DNA of 63,866 nt, counting the filler, from Licmophora abbreviata (Eukaryota): assembly GCA_900291995.1 (NCBI GenBank). It is 11 parts of 11 records of this genome, joined end to end, with 100 filler letters (N's around TTAATTAATTAA, not from the genome) between each part and the next. Parts side by side here need not be neighbours in the genome. Positions count along the whole stretch, not along the records: positions 5,556 to 18,889 come from OLMU01000864.1; positions 18,990 to 22,386 come from OLMU01000865.1; positions 22,487 to 24,530 come from OLMU01000866.1; 8 more parts are not named here. One strand, given 5' to 3'. Shown piece by piece: positions 11,254 to 24,066 of the stretch (positions are counted from its first letter, which is position 1; every line of letters begins with the position of its first letter). A program made the translations under genes and the position numbers. Below the pieces are notes generated by a model, which was not told the DNA's origin, did not search any database, and worked only from the letters and a program-made list of their open reading frames with translations.

Positions 11254-14200
11254 TTAAGCTGACATGCTGCTGGTGCTTGTCGGACTAAGCGCAGAAACCT
11301 CGAATGAGCCAACTTCTGCAGGGAATGGCTCATCCGAAGCTCCCGAAGGTGACTCGAAATGGTAAGGGCTGTCCATTTCATCTGGGCTCGTGTCGCTTTC
11401 GACATCGACAACTAGTCCACTCGCCACAACTTGCTGTGGGCAGTCATCGAGATTCGAATATCGTTTCTTCGGGTTGATGATGGGAGTTTGGTTGAGACGC
11501 ACGTCCTCGCGCTCGAGAAGCCAGCGAAATGTGTCTGTGAAGAGCACAGGAGAGGGGCGGATGGCTGCGATTGAGATGTCCACGTCGCTCTCGTCGACAC
11601 TGTCGACACGAACACTCAGCTTGGGGTCGTCGTGTAGAATCGTCGCCTCGGAAATGTCGCGTTGGTGTTGGGAGAAAGCTTTGTTGACAAATGTATTGAG
11701 CAGCGCCAGAACAATTGCCCCTGTAGCAAACACGAAGGCGCCTCCTTCTACATTGGCATCAATTCGAAAGCAGACCGCGTCTGATGGGTCCATAATGTCG
11801 TACAGAACAAGTGTTGCGAATAAACCTTCAAGGGCTTTGCACGGCTCGTTGAGCATGAACTTGGAAATAGGTCCTAACTGCCATGCCGCTAAAATGGCAG
11901 ACAGCAAGTACACCTCCGCGTACTGCCATGCGGCAAGAACCTCAATCGCAACCTGATTTCGCCGATGAGTTCTGTCGTCCATTGGGCCGAACCACTGTCG
12001 CAGAAGCATGACGCTCTGTGTAAGCGGAACAAGCAAGACGGTTGCAACGAGGAGGGCTGACAGCGTTCCAAGACCAATGTAATCACCAGCTCCGCCGAGG
12101 AGCTTCGCTTGGTCAAATAGTGCGGCAACAATCGAAAAGACGTTGTAGTTCGTCGTCGCGCTCTCAAAGGCCTGCCCAGCTTCCACAACCAAGCCGACAA
12201 GACCAAGAAGCTGGACAGAGAAAGTAGGCAAGATGCATCCCATGACGATCATGACAGTGATCACAACAAGACAGAAAATGACAAGTGGGTTCACCATTCT
12301 GCGGGTTCGCACTTTGTCGGACTCCCCCCTGTGGGGTCTTGCGAAAGACTGATCGCACAATCGCTTCCGACGCGAATCAGTTCGTGAACGCTTGATGTTG
12401 GAGGTTCCACCCGGAAACTCGACTTGGTCACTGTCCTCGGTCACATCCGTAGACACGCGAGGCATCTCGAGTTTGTCGTAATCCTGCTGTGCTTGCTGGA
12501 CGACTCGACGATGAAAATGAATGATGAAGTGTGAGCTGACTTGAGAGACAAGCTGCGCAGTCATGTTTGCATAGAGTCCCCACAAAGGAGCAAGCGAGAC
12601 GCGGATAGAGTAAAAATCGTCCGGCAGGAAGGAGACAGTAGGGCTTTCGATATTCAACTGGAAAGCCGCAACCGTAACAACGAGGATGAAGACATCGATC
12701 ATGCTCCATTTTGCCAAGGAATCCAGCCACAAGAAGATCGTGCCGCGGCGGGAGACAGGCATCCTTGAAGGCGGGAGGAACCACAAAACTAAACTGACTC
12801 CTTGTTTCGAATAGGGCCACATAATCGAAAAAATAAATGCAAGAATGGACATTGCATACCCTCCCGCATTCCAGATGCGGAACACAGAATTGGCAATGGA
12901 GAACTCAAAGAAGTTGTCAATTGAAAATTCTTCGTTCGCAAACTCTCCGGTGATGATGATACTGCCTGCAAGACTCAGATGGCCACTCAAAAACAACGCA
13001 ATGTTTCCCAGAATGACAACCGGGATCGTCCAGCGCACATATCTTGGGATGGCGCTACTACAGAACATTGATTTTGACATACTATTGAGCTCGGCTTCTT
13101 GCTCTCTCTGGAAATCTTGTTCGCGGTGGAGAATGACTACACTTTGCGCCGGAAGGGATCGCAGCCATTTAGCGTGACGCCGTCGGACAACAGCGCGAAT
13201 CGCAAATAGCAGAACCAAGACAGCCACAACGATGCATACAGAGGTCACAACAAGAAGGAATTGCTGAGAATTTCCGCCAACCCCTTGGAGCTCCAAGGGT
13301 TCATATGTAGCCCCCCCATAGTTTTCGTCAAACTCTCTGTTGTGAGGGCATTTTTTCGGCGCGTCGGCAAGGCGTCGATCCAATTGAAGCTGCAGGAACC
13401 CCTCGAGAAAGTCGGCGGCTGTATCCAGTATGATTTTGGCGACTTCATTCACGTCTCCAGAGGCTTCAGGAGACGACAAAAGCTCTGTGAACTCCTGCAT
13501 GTACGAGCTGGAGCATTCAATGCAAGTCGCATTCAGAACGACGTCTCCCACTGCAAAGTCTAGTCTCGACAGCGCCGCAGCAATTGCTTCTCCTGCTGCG
13601 CGAACTCCACTCGCATCAAGCTCGGGGCCAGGAATAGTCGCCAGCCAGCAATCGAGATTAATCAAATCCTTTAGCGGGAAAGAAAGAAACGGACTTTCGG
13701 CTATCTTTGCTAGGACCTCAAGAACGACGGTGGCGGTTGACAAGGCAATACTGATGTCCACTTCATTTCTTAGCCGTGACTGTGTTTCACCTGGTGATTT
13801 ATTGTTCCACAAAAACAGAAGCGACGAATAAGAGAGTGCCCCCCAAATCAACATAATTAATACACAAGGTCATTGTGAGACTCACCTCTTCCATCAATGA
13901 CAAGCAAAAGTGTCGCAGCGAAGCGAAGAGGGTCCGGTCCAACACCTGAACCAGCAGTGTTATTGAGCTCGTGAGGCTTCTGGGTTAGTGGTTCTAACAA
14001 AGACAGTGGCTCTCCTATCGTATTGAGGTTCTCGATCCTAGCATTGAACAAGCCGAGTCTGACAACAGCTCGTACATCGCCCAGCCAAATGCTGCTCTTG
14101 GTATTGAGGAGGTCGCCTTCGTAGACAAGAGTGCCTTCCTTGCCCGACTGGCCCTTTGTAAAAGGTGACACGACAAAGTCGTTAACCCCAGAGAGTCCAC

Positions 14201-17200
14201 TTGGATCAACTGTTAGGACTTCATTGTTCAGAATGTCACGGAGTGTTCTGAATAGATTTCCGTACCGGCCAGCGCCGTCGCCCCCGAGATCAACAGCCGC
14301 TCCTGGCCCCAGAAATAAATCACGGAAATCGACAGAGCGTGTTTCCTCGAGCATTCTCTCCGTCGCAGCCTTGGGACACGAGACTGACTGCTCCTGACGT
14401 AAATAGTGATTCATCCAGTTGTTGACAGTTGCTCTCAAGGCAGTATCGAACATTCCAGGGACTGCGCTGACTAGCCTTTCTCGGTAGTTGTTTTCGTCGA
14501 AGATTGCTTCGGTTACATTTGCAATGGCCGATTCCATGTTCTCGGAAAGGAATCCTCTATAGGTTGGGCCGCGAATATCACCTACAGTCACCAGCAGCTC
14601 GGTCAGCTCAGCAGCAACAGCCGAGGAGAGAAAGCATGGGAGAATCTGGTCAATCCAGAGCAGTGAACCAAATTCTAGCTCACCGAGAAGATCGAGATCA
14701 ATGGCAAGCAGCAAAGACAAGGCGGCATCCACCTGCTCGACACCCAGTGAAATAGTTAGAGTCCCCGTGTCGTCAGAAGTTTGGACGAGCAAATCGATCT
14801 CCACATTTAGTTCTTTCCAACCAAAGAGGTTCCGAAAAGTCTGGTTGGCCACGGGGTCAAGCGCCTTGAACTTCGTGAACGTGTCAAGGCCAATAATTCT
14901 CAAAGTTTCTCCTGCGATCCGCATCTCACCGGACTCGCCGGCAGTATACCCAATGCCGCCTAAACCAATTGAGAAAGCCCGATCTTCGTCAAGAAGAAAG
15001 TCGCGAAGCCAAACGTTAACACCGAGATCTTCATCACCGTTCGGGCCGCCAATGTCTTCAATCGGTCCACCAAGATATCCATTGAGGTCTACGTCGAACC
15101 ATTCGGTGGCCATATCACCTAGTGTAGACAGATCGAGCAACCGCGTTCCGTCGGGCACCTCGAGAGAATTCTGACCTTCGAGAAAGTCACTTGTGCTTAT
15201 GTCAAAGAGCACGTGGGATTCTGCAAACACCACAAGGCCGACTTCAACAACAAGATTAACGATGTATATGCCTGTTTCGACCGCGTCTCTGGACCAGACG
15301 GGAGCTTGAAATCCGAAGTTCGTCGAGACAGCATTTTCGGTGTACTGGGACCTATGAGGGCAGAATTTCGGAGCGTCGCTGAGAAGCCGATCAATTTGCG
15401 TTTGAACAAGATCGTCGCTAAGTAGGATCTCTGCTGCCAACGATTCGATGCCGGAACGCAGGATTGTGAAGCTTCCCTCCTGTTCGAGAATATTTAGGAG
15501 GTTGGGCAGAGCTTCAACACCAGGGCTTGTACAGGAAATGCAATTTACATCCACTGACAAGGTTGTGAGTGTAAGCAGGAACTGGGTCAAACCCAAACCA
15601 GGTTCGGCATTTTGATCGACTTTGAAGCCATCTGCATCCAAAGTCGGCGACTCAAAGACTGAAAGCCAACAATTGATATTCAGAATATCTCTCAACGGAA
15701 ACTGCATGAGGTAAGTCGCTCTAAGCCTTGCCAGGACATCTGCGCTCAAGATGGACGAGTCAATGGAAGCACTGATATCGAGTTCATTTTGGGCTTTAAA
15801 CGGAGACCCCTCGCCCTCCAGGGCAATACGTACACCAACCGACGCGTTCACTGGCCGCCCAGCAGCTGGCCCGACATTTAGAACGTTTTGTAGAACATGC
15901 GGGTTCGTCGAAGGCTGAATGATCGATATAGGAGCTGTGACTGTGTCCAGGTTTCGAACAGTAGCGTTGAATATCGCGAATTCGAAGCTTGTGGGGTCTG
16001 AGGAAAAGTCGAAAAGACTGCTGGCGAGCGAGAGTAAACTCTGGTCCCCAGATTGCGACTCCATGAATGGTCTCAGCAACAATGAATTGATATTTGACAG
16101 ACCGTCGTCGTCTAGACCAGCTAGTATTTCCTGAAGGACGGTAAACACTGTAGGCCCAAGGCTTCCATAAGGGCCTTCGCCACTTCCTCCCGAGCTCATG
16201 GCGTCTTCTGGTTCCAAGAAAAAATCTCGAAAATCAATCAGCTCATCGCCGAAATCGAGCTCGGGGCACTCCGCATCGCCCGGGTCAAGGCTTTCGTTCA
16301 GGATGTCGCGAATCGTGGTCCAGAAGAGATTCGGCACTGCCTCGAGCAACGCCGCTTCGTACATTTGATAGAAAACCTGAGTTGTCACTGTGGTGAGGCG
16401 CTCAAAACCAGGGGAAGCGAATCCACTGTAGGTCGGCTCCAAGATGCTGCCGATCGTCACGTCCAGTCCTGAAATCTGCAAGTCTACCATGGCGGATGAG
16501 AGGCACGTCACAAGCGAGTCAAAATCCAACAGCGGTCCGAGCTGCAAGCCGCCGAGCTTGCCTTGGTCAACTGCCATGAGGATGGATGCAACAGCATTGA
16601 AGTCCCTAACTTCAAAAGTGGCCGTGATTTTCTCTTGAATCTTCTTGTCGCCTAGGTTCTGTAGAGTTGAATCTGGATTCGAAGAAGCTGCAAGCAAGAT
16701 GTCCAACTCAAGCTCCACAGACAAGAACTGCAAGGCGAATTCCGTCTGCACAGTATAGTAGCTAATATTCTGAAACGGGGTGAATCTCGTAAACGTGTCA
16801 AGTCCATACACGGTCACTCGTTCGAAATTGACGTCCAACTCGGCAAAGCTACCGTTGCCTGGAAGAAGACCGCCTTCGCCCAAGTTGATGGGGACATCCT
16901 CCCCTTCCAACACAAACGCGCGATTTGAATCCAAGAGATTGTCCCTCAGAATGACATTGATTTGGAGATCCTGGCCAGTACCAGTTGGTCCGTCAGCGTC
17001 GTCGACGAGGGTTCCGAACGTATCACCGATCTCGTCGAGGATTCCCCGGAAGATCGAGCCAATCGTATCGTTGGTGTCTTGACTTAGGTCGACAACAGTC
17101 ACGCCTTGCGGTATCACCAAGGCTTTTTCGGCAGCGAGCGGGTCTGTTTGAGAGCTGTTCAGAGGTTCAAGCAAAGGCTCCAGGGCACCAGTCGCCGAAT

Positions 17201-17954
17201 CGACAAGAGACTGCATGAGATCGTCAAAGAGCGCATTGAACTCGGTACAAACTATTCCTTCGACGAGGCTCTCGACCGTTCCTCGAATCAAAACTTCAAG
17301 AATATCCAGGATAATTGCCAATTGATCGCCCTCCAGATTGAGTCTCGTCACGCTAAAGTCCGAAGTACACGTTCCGGCAGTCACGTTGGTTGGAGGGAAG
17401 GGTTCAAAGGACAAGGACACACCCACATCGTTGTCAGCCGTCAAGGCATCTGCCGTTCCTCTGCCATTGAAGAAGCCGTAGCCGTAGTCATAATTAAGAA
17501 AACAGTCCAAATCAAGATCAATGACGTCGATCTTGTAGTCCAGAGTTTGATTGGCTGTGTTGTTGTAGGAAATCAAAATATCCTCGAGTTGAATACTGGT
17601 GCAGCGAAGATTGGTCAGTTCCAGGGTGAAGAGAATCCCCAAGAAACGTTGTTCAATAAGCGAGTCGGGAAGGAGAATCGTTCCTCCTTCCAGAAAGTCG
17701 TTGAGGACATTGAAATCGCCTGGGGCAAGTTCACGCCGAAGTGAAAGAGAGTGCGGAAGATGAGGAGTGTCGACGCTATGTTCGGTCGACTGGATACCTT
17801 GCTGAATCAATTCTTCAGCCTTGGGATAAACGAACGGATCGTTCCGAGATGAAGAGTCCTCAACAGACGAGAGAAATGATTCGCCTCGAGCCAAAATTGT
17901 GAGTAGCAACAAGAGGTTCACTCCGGCCAACAGAATGTGCCGGCTGGATACCAT
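11254..17954 (-). CDS. ~2200-aa secretory-pathway protein: duplicated luminal (BPI/TULIP-like?) region plus C-terminal PqiA-like polytopic membrane domain; intron 13791-13885
   Basis: The 1365-aa and 866-aa ORFs join in frame via a GTGAG...CAG intron. Signal peptide. PqiA motifs IFSIMWPYSK and LAKWSMIDVF; second half AWQYAEVY. Confidence 0.8.
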
Positions 17955-18514
17955 CTTCCTACTGCGAACTTGAGACTGCCTAAAACTGCTCGATCCTTAC
18001 TGTCAAAAGCATGTATACACAGCTAAGAGGGACAATGGTTGTGCTGGTTGCGTACCCCCGTGCATCGAACGAATGAAAACGGTGGCGCCACAATCAAGTC
18101 TTCCACTCCGTCACAGCACCTCCGCGGTCTTGACAAAAATGAGCGTCATGCGTTGAGCCCGATCTTCTCTGGCTCAAAGTGTACGGCATACTCTCGCAGA
18201 AATGGCGTGACGACTGTTGGAGAGTACCTCAGCCGTGCAGGCGTTTAATAGAATATTCGTGGCGTTTGTTGACACTTATGATTGTCCACGGAGTGCATCA
18301 ATCGTACCAAAAAAGTAGCTCACTGTACGTCCTTCACCCGTTCCAAAAGTTTTGTCATTGCACAAAGTGTTGAGATGGAGCACCACGCCACCTCATTTCT
18401 TTCATCATGTGAATGAACATGGCTATGGAGTCCGCAACCTTGCAGCTTACTTTTCGATTGCATTCCTTGTTCGTCTAATAGAGACGGCTCTTTTCCTCGC
18501 TACATACATTTCTG

Positions 18515-19294
18515 ATGAACTCCTCGTCGTTCCTGAATTACTGCATCGTGATCGTGATCGTGATGACGATGATGGTTTCTTCGTTGTCGTCGTCGACAGC
18601 GTTCACAATTGACAGACGTACGTGTCCAGATACCGCGAGAATAAGAGTAGAGACAGTACCGTCTCGTTTCATTATAGCACTGCGAGACGCTTCCTCACCT
18701 GACGGGGACATGGCTCCAAATGAGGAGAATCATGACGAGCCTGACGTCGGCACGTCGCCGCCGGCGATGACTAGCTTTGACGATGGCGGATCGGACGACT
18801 TGACGGATCGCTTCAAGTACAAAGTCAACGCGTTAATGGGAGTCTTTGATCCACAGACTGGTGTCGATGATGAGTTTCAAGACGGAAACNNNNNNNNNNN
18901 NNNNNNNNNNNNNNNNNNNNNNNNNNNNNNNNNTTAATTAATTAANNNNNNNNNNNNNNNNNNNNNNNNNNNNNNNNNNNNNNNNNNNNGTGTCGATGAT
19001 GAGTTTCAAGACGGAAACATTCTGAATGCCATGTTGAAGTTCCCAGTACGATACTCGTTCCATGTCGTGGGCAAGACGAAAGGACGAGATGATCTCAAAC
19101 AGGAGTACATTGATCAAGTCAAAGAGATTGTGGGATCGCTCTCGGGCGATGGAGATCGCATGGAGTGCAGGATTACACCGCGGGGTGAAAATTTTACTCG
19201 CGTCACTATGCAGGTGACTGTCGACAGTGTGGCCGTCATCAACTCGATCTACGACGCCCTCGATGACACTGAACTCACGGTAATGCGATACTAG
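18515..19294 (+). CDS. Plastid-targeted YbeD/DUF493-like protein (spans gap; contig ends overlap)
   Basis: Signal peptide ending STA-F. C-terminal LKFPVRYSFHVVG...NFTRVTMQVTVDS..INSIYDAL matches DUF493. ~29 nt duplicated on both sides of the spacer. Confidence 0.7.
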
Positions 19295-19379
19295 TAGAAG
19301 GAGTCATAGTACTGAGCTTATATTTAACCAACAGAAACTCGTCGTTTGTGAATCTCTTCTGTGGACATGCTGCTCATCA

Positions 19380-21247
19380 TTATTTCCTGGTGACTGGTGT
19401 CATCTCTTGACGGAGTTCAACCAGTTCCGAATGATTCATTCGCCCGACACGCACAATCGCGTAGCACGCAATGACATTGGCTACCAAGGTCGTCATCAGG
19501 GCATCTGTTGGATAGTCGAGAGCCCTGCAAAATGCCACCACAACAAAAATAACCGATACCCACAACAGCATGATATTCGATGCCATGGCCACATGATACG
19601 ACGTTGATGGATGGCCCAGTTCGTTTCGGAAAAAGTCATGAGTCGCCCGTAAGAACAAGTCAAACGGCGGTCCTTCCGGTGAGTGCGAGACTGCCTTGTA
19701 GATCGTGGGACCTTGACTGCTGGAGCCCACGCCAGGGGAGTGATGAAGAATCATGTCGCCCTTTTTGTATCGCCTCCGCGGCTCCCACTGTGATGGAGCA
19801 GATGAACCGAATTTTGGAATCGAAGAGGTATCGTCCACCTTTGTCCACTCGCCAGCGACGTATCCGAGCATGGCAAGATGCGACTTGTCCAGCATTGAAA
19901 GTTGCGCTAGCAACAGGAGAGTAGATACAAGGATAATTGACAAAACTGTAAACGGAGCCGCCACACGGTCGACGCCCATGGATGCAAACATGGGTTGTTC
20001 CAGAGCAGTGGCTCTCGGACCAGTTAATCCCGCAGGATGAAGAATTCTCGATAGTTCCCACAGCATGGGCCGCGTCGAACAATGGCCCGTCGCTCGACAA
20101 GTCAGAACCGTCCGAGGGAATACGATACCTACAATGACCGCGTCCAGAATTCGCAGACTCGATACTTTGCAGAACACTCGGAACCGACTCTCTTCAATAA
20201 TGGAATGCGTCTGCTCTGCCCATGGCATGTCTTGCTTGTGGTCACTCTTGTGGTGTTTCTTGGACTTGCCGGAAAATGTCGTGCTCGCCCTGGTCTGCAC
20301 TCGTACCGACGGCAACACATTCAGGCCCGCCACAAGACTCGGAATTGGGAGCAACACTCTTCCGAAGAAGACGACCGACCACAATGTTGCAGGGAAGGCA
20401 AACCACAAGGCCATACGCGACCATGTGGGTGGATTCAATAGCCGAAAGAATCCATTGCGTTCGACTGGCTGTCCGGTTTCATAGTAGTCCGCTGTCAATG
20501 CTGAAGGCGATTTGAACCACGGTTCCACAAACAGAGTCCATCCCATCCAGCAAGTGACTACAAGTTTCACGAGAAACTGTAGCGGCGGACTGTAGGTCAA
20601 CCATACTTGTATCCAAGTGTAGGGATGTAGCATGGTCTTCCATGAAGTCGATGCATTGCTTTGGCGATCGCGTCGTGAGGAGGAAGCCGAGAGATCATCT
20701 CCGACTGCGTCCTCCAAAGTGGTAGCCAGTTTTCCAGTGGATGGCGGCAGCAACCTTTCCATAAGCCCAATCAAAGGATACCAGCACCGCAATTTCCAAA
20801 ACTGCATAGTGTAAAGTAGAGTAGGGTACAGCTGTGTCTTCCACTCGCGTGGTCCTGTGACTGCTGAATCGAGAGATGCTTGTTGACAGCGGCCAGATCC
20901 GGTCGATCGCAGTATTGTCCGGCCAGTGCGACGGTCGACAGCCACTGAGTTAGTAGCCCGAGTAGCGTAGGGGCACTTGTGGTCGACGAATCAGAAGTAA
21001 TGAGCCATCGAACTAATAAGTGTCGTGAAAGCCACAAGGATGCCACTAGACAAAATGTGTAGTCCCCTGATTCAGTGCCGAACGACTGGCGGTACACGCC
21101 TTGCAAACTTGAGACTGTCAAGAGCGACAAACACACCCACAAGTAAAATTCATGCTTCAAGTGTAATGAAGAAGGACCTAGGAGTCGGTAGGACCATTCT
21201 TTCCACCGTTGTGGCCGTACAGAGGATGATACCGTTCTGACCGCCAT
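19380..21247 (-). CDS. Polytopic membrane protein, TMEM39-like; apparent frameshift near 20860-20900
   Basis: Two overlapping ORFs. C-terminal GEWTK...WEPRRRYKKGDMILH...YKAVSHSPEGPPFD resembles the TMEM39 GxWQK...W....W..G.LVRH...YxA....AxPSD region. Confidence 0.5.
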
Positions 21248-21546
21248 GGTCGCTCTCGTCGTCGTCGAGATTTTGTTTGTGACAAAAAGAAATACCACAG
21301 GTACAGACAGATCTTACCAGCACACTCAGCCAAAACTGGCACCGTTCCAATAGGAGAACAGCCACGCGATCAGACATGCGTATCGAGGCGCGCTCATGCG
21401 TCTGCACTTCATCCACTTTCATCGCGGCTTCTCATCGCGATGATGGTGTGATGATGGAGACAGACCATGACATGCGATCTTGACAACCGCAGCCCTTCGT
21501 TTGCGAGATCACTTGTGTTGGCACCACCACTCTTATTCAATTTACA

Positions 21547-23032
21547 ATGTCTGACTCTATACATCAAGTGAAACTTGTCGGCCACAGCGATTCAGTCTTG
21601 TGCTTGGCACACAGCAGCAGCACTCCCGCTGGCGCCCATCTTCACAACTCTGCTTCGCTTCCGACTCCAGCGTGTCTGTTGAGTGGCTCCGAGGATGGCA
21701 CGGCCCGACTGTGGGATCTAAGAGCTCCTCTCAGGGCATCTCTATGTTTAGTAGCCGGTGGACCCGTGTCCTCCGTCGCGTTTGCGCCACCCTCTCATCC
21801 CGACGTGAACGTGCTGATGCACGAGCCCACCTCCCCCTTTTCACGAAACTGTGAAGTGTGAGTATGAGGAAGAGTCCAAAGGGGCGCGATACAAGCAATC
21901 TTTTGTACTCACGCTTCTTCTGTGTTCTATTTCAGCTACTTGTCCGTTGGTAATGAGATTCGGGGATACGACTTGCGCCAAACAACGAGTCCCATTGTGA
22001 AGGACGCCAGTGTCGACTTGACTCATGTTCTGTCGTGTCCAGACGAAATCAATCAGATTGACGTGGCATGTAGACGAAGTAAGAATTCCAAACTGCATGT
22101 CGCTGTGGGGGAAGATGGAGGCAGCGTGCGAACCAGCGTGACGCAAGTGGACGGTACGACGCAACCACCGTTGGTACTGTGGCACGATGAAGATCGCATG
22201 GCCATGGTGACGAGCGTCGTCTATCGCCCGAAAACGAAAGGATTACAGCTTGCAAGTGGGGGGACGGACTGCACAGTACATTTGTGGGACCTGCAGAGGA
22301 ATCATCGACAGACACCGGTCTCGTCAGCTCACATAACTCAAGATACGTCAGGTGCAAACCAGATTTGCAATCCACCGATGGTTCATNNNNNNNNNNNNNN
22401 NNNNNNNNNNNNNNNNNNNNNNNNNNNNNNTTAATTAATTAANNNNNNNNNNNNNNNNNNNNNNNNNNNNNNNNNNNNNNNNNNNNAATCCACCGATGGT
22501 TCATTGTCTCTCGTGGAGTCCCAGCGGGCGCCTGCTAGTTGCTGGACTAGGCGATGGGACATGTGGGGTCTTTCGTGTGGGTGAAGGCTCAGCGTCGACG
22601 TTCACGGAGGTACTGAGATTACGAGATGGACACGACGCGTCTGTGGCGTCTGTGGTGTTTCCAGCGTGGTACCCGTCAGCTTCTCCTCATGTAGCCAGCC
22701 AGGATCGTCTTTTGGCAACGGCTGGAACCGATGGAGCTATCTTTCTCTGGGATTTGGGGAGACACGTTGCAGGAGACGGTGCAATCGATCCTGCGTCGGT
22801 ACTCGCGGAGAGCATGTGTGCGTCATCCCTCGAGGAGGAAATGGAAGCTAAATTGAAAATGTCCGACGACTGCGTAGACAGCAATGACTCCAAGCTACTA
22901 TTTGGGATACCGCATGGACGCAAATCGAACTGGATGGTGACAAGTCACGAAGTGGATCCTCGTTTTCCATCCTCACTGTTTGTGGCGGACACGTCCAGTG
23001 ATATTACTGCCTACACAATTCCCATGCTATAA
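21547..23032 (+). CDS. WD40-repeat protein (WDR53-like); intron and gap inside
   Basis: GHSDSVLCL, LLSGSEDGTARLWDL, LASGGTDCTVHLWDL, LATAGTDGAIFLWDL; ICNPPMVH motif repeated across the gap. Confidence 0.85.
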
Positions 23033-23188
23033 AAAGAGAATGCGCATACATTGCTTGCACTAGAATGGTAGCATTCCCAGGTATGATCTGTGCCACTGCT
23101 TTCTCCTCTCAATGCCGTCCAATGCTTACGCCGGGCGAAATGATACGCACAATGCCCTCCTCTTCTAAGCCCCTTTCTTCTATTCATC

Positions 23189-23672
23189 TTACAGTGTTGT
23201 AGTACCCACTCCTTCCATACCGGCCATCTGAAGATCATCACCCCCCTCATCCTTGACGATCACAGCCTTTTTCTTCTTCTTCTTCTTCTTTTTGGTGGGC
23301 GACGGCGACGACATGGCTCCTCCCGAAGCCCTCTGCCGCTTTTTCCTCTTCATTACCTCTTGATACAGCTCCTCAGCTTCCTTATCATCCAGCACCCCGT
23401 AATTGACGCACCTGGAAGAACGAACGAAAGAAAACAAGAGGGACCCGAAATGAGTAACGAAAAGCCCTCGCGAGCTGCCGTATCATATCACAGCAAGCAT
23501 TATGTACCGCCATCGTCGTCAAGCGGTCGAGTGTTTACCATTCCTGCGCCATGGCAGAGCTTGGACGCTGTCTTAGCAGAGTCTCATAGAAAACACGATC
23601 TCCAAACCCCGGTGTTGGCGTCGGATACTTTTGTCCGGGCTTGAGTTCGTCTGATGCGGCAGGGCTCGTCAT
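23189..23672 (-). CDS. Conserved small uncharacterised eukaryotic protein (intron 23412-23538)
   Basis: Spliced product MTSPAASDELKPGQKYPTPTPGFGDRVFYETLLRQRPSSAMAQEW|CVNYGVL, followed by a Lys-rich tail. Confidence 0.75.
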
Positions 23673-23976
23673 GGTCAACTGATGATGATGTGTTGTGGGC
23701 ACTGGGCAAATTGAAAATGGCGACGGAGCTATCTATGTCTGTAGAACTCAGTACACATTTTACGTGTGTCGTATTTTTGTCACATGAAAAAGTCGCAAGA
23801 CTTCGGGCAACACTTATATTGGTTTACCCTCCGACTGGCAGTCTAGTTCTAAGTTCTACATACTTGAGCAGGAGAGAGGTGCTCAAGCTAAGAGGCAGCC
23901 GTCGCACATCACTCGCCCTCTCCTTGTCAGAAGGCTCTCATTCGCTGCGATCTAGAATGAAAACCTCAGAGTGACA

Positions 23977-24017
23977 ACACCGACCTATAGGTCGGTGTAG
24001 AAAGCTATAGCTTTCTA
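23977..24017. repeat. Two abutting perfect palindromes (22 and 20 bp)
   Basis: ACACCGACCTATAGGTCGGTGT (23977-23998) and TAGAAAGCTATAGCTTTCTA (23998-24017). Confidence 0.95.
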
Positions 24018-24066
24018 TGCCATCACCGCTTGCTTCATGGTTCCTGAATATGTGTCATCTCTACAC

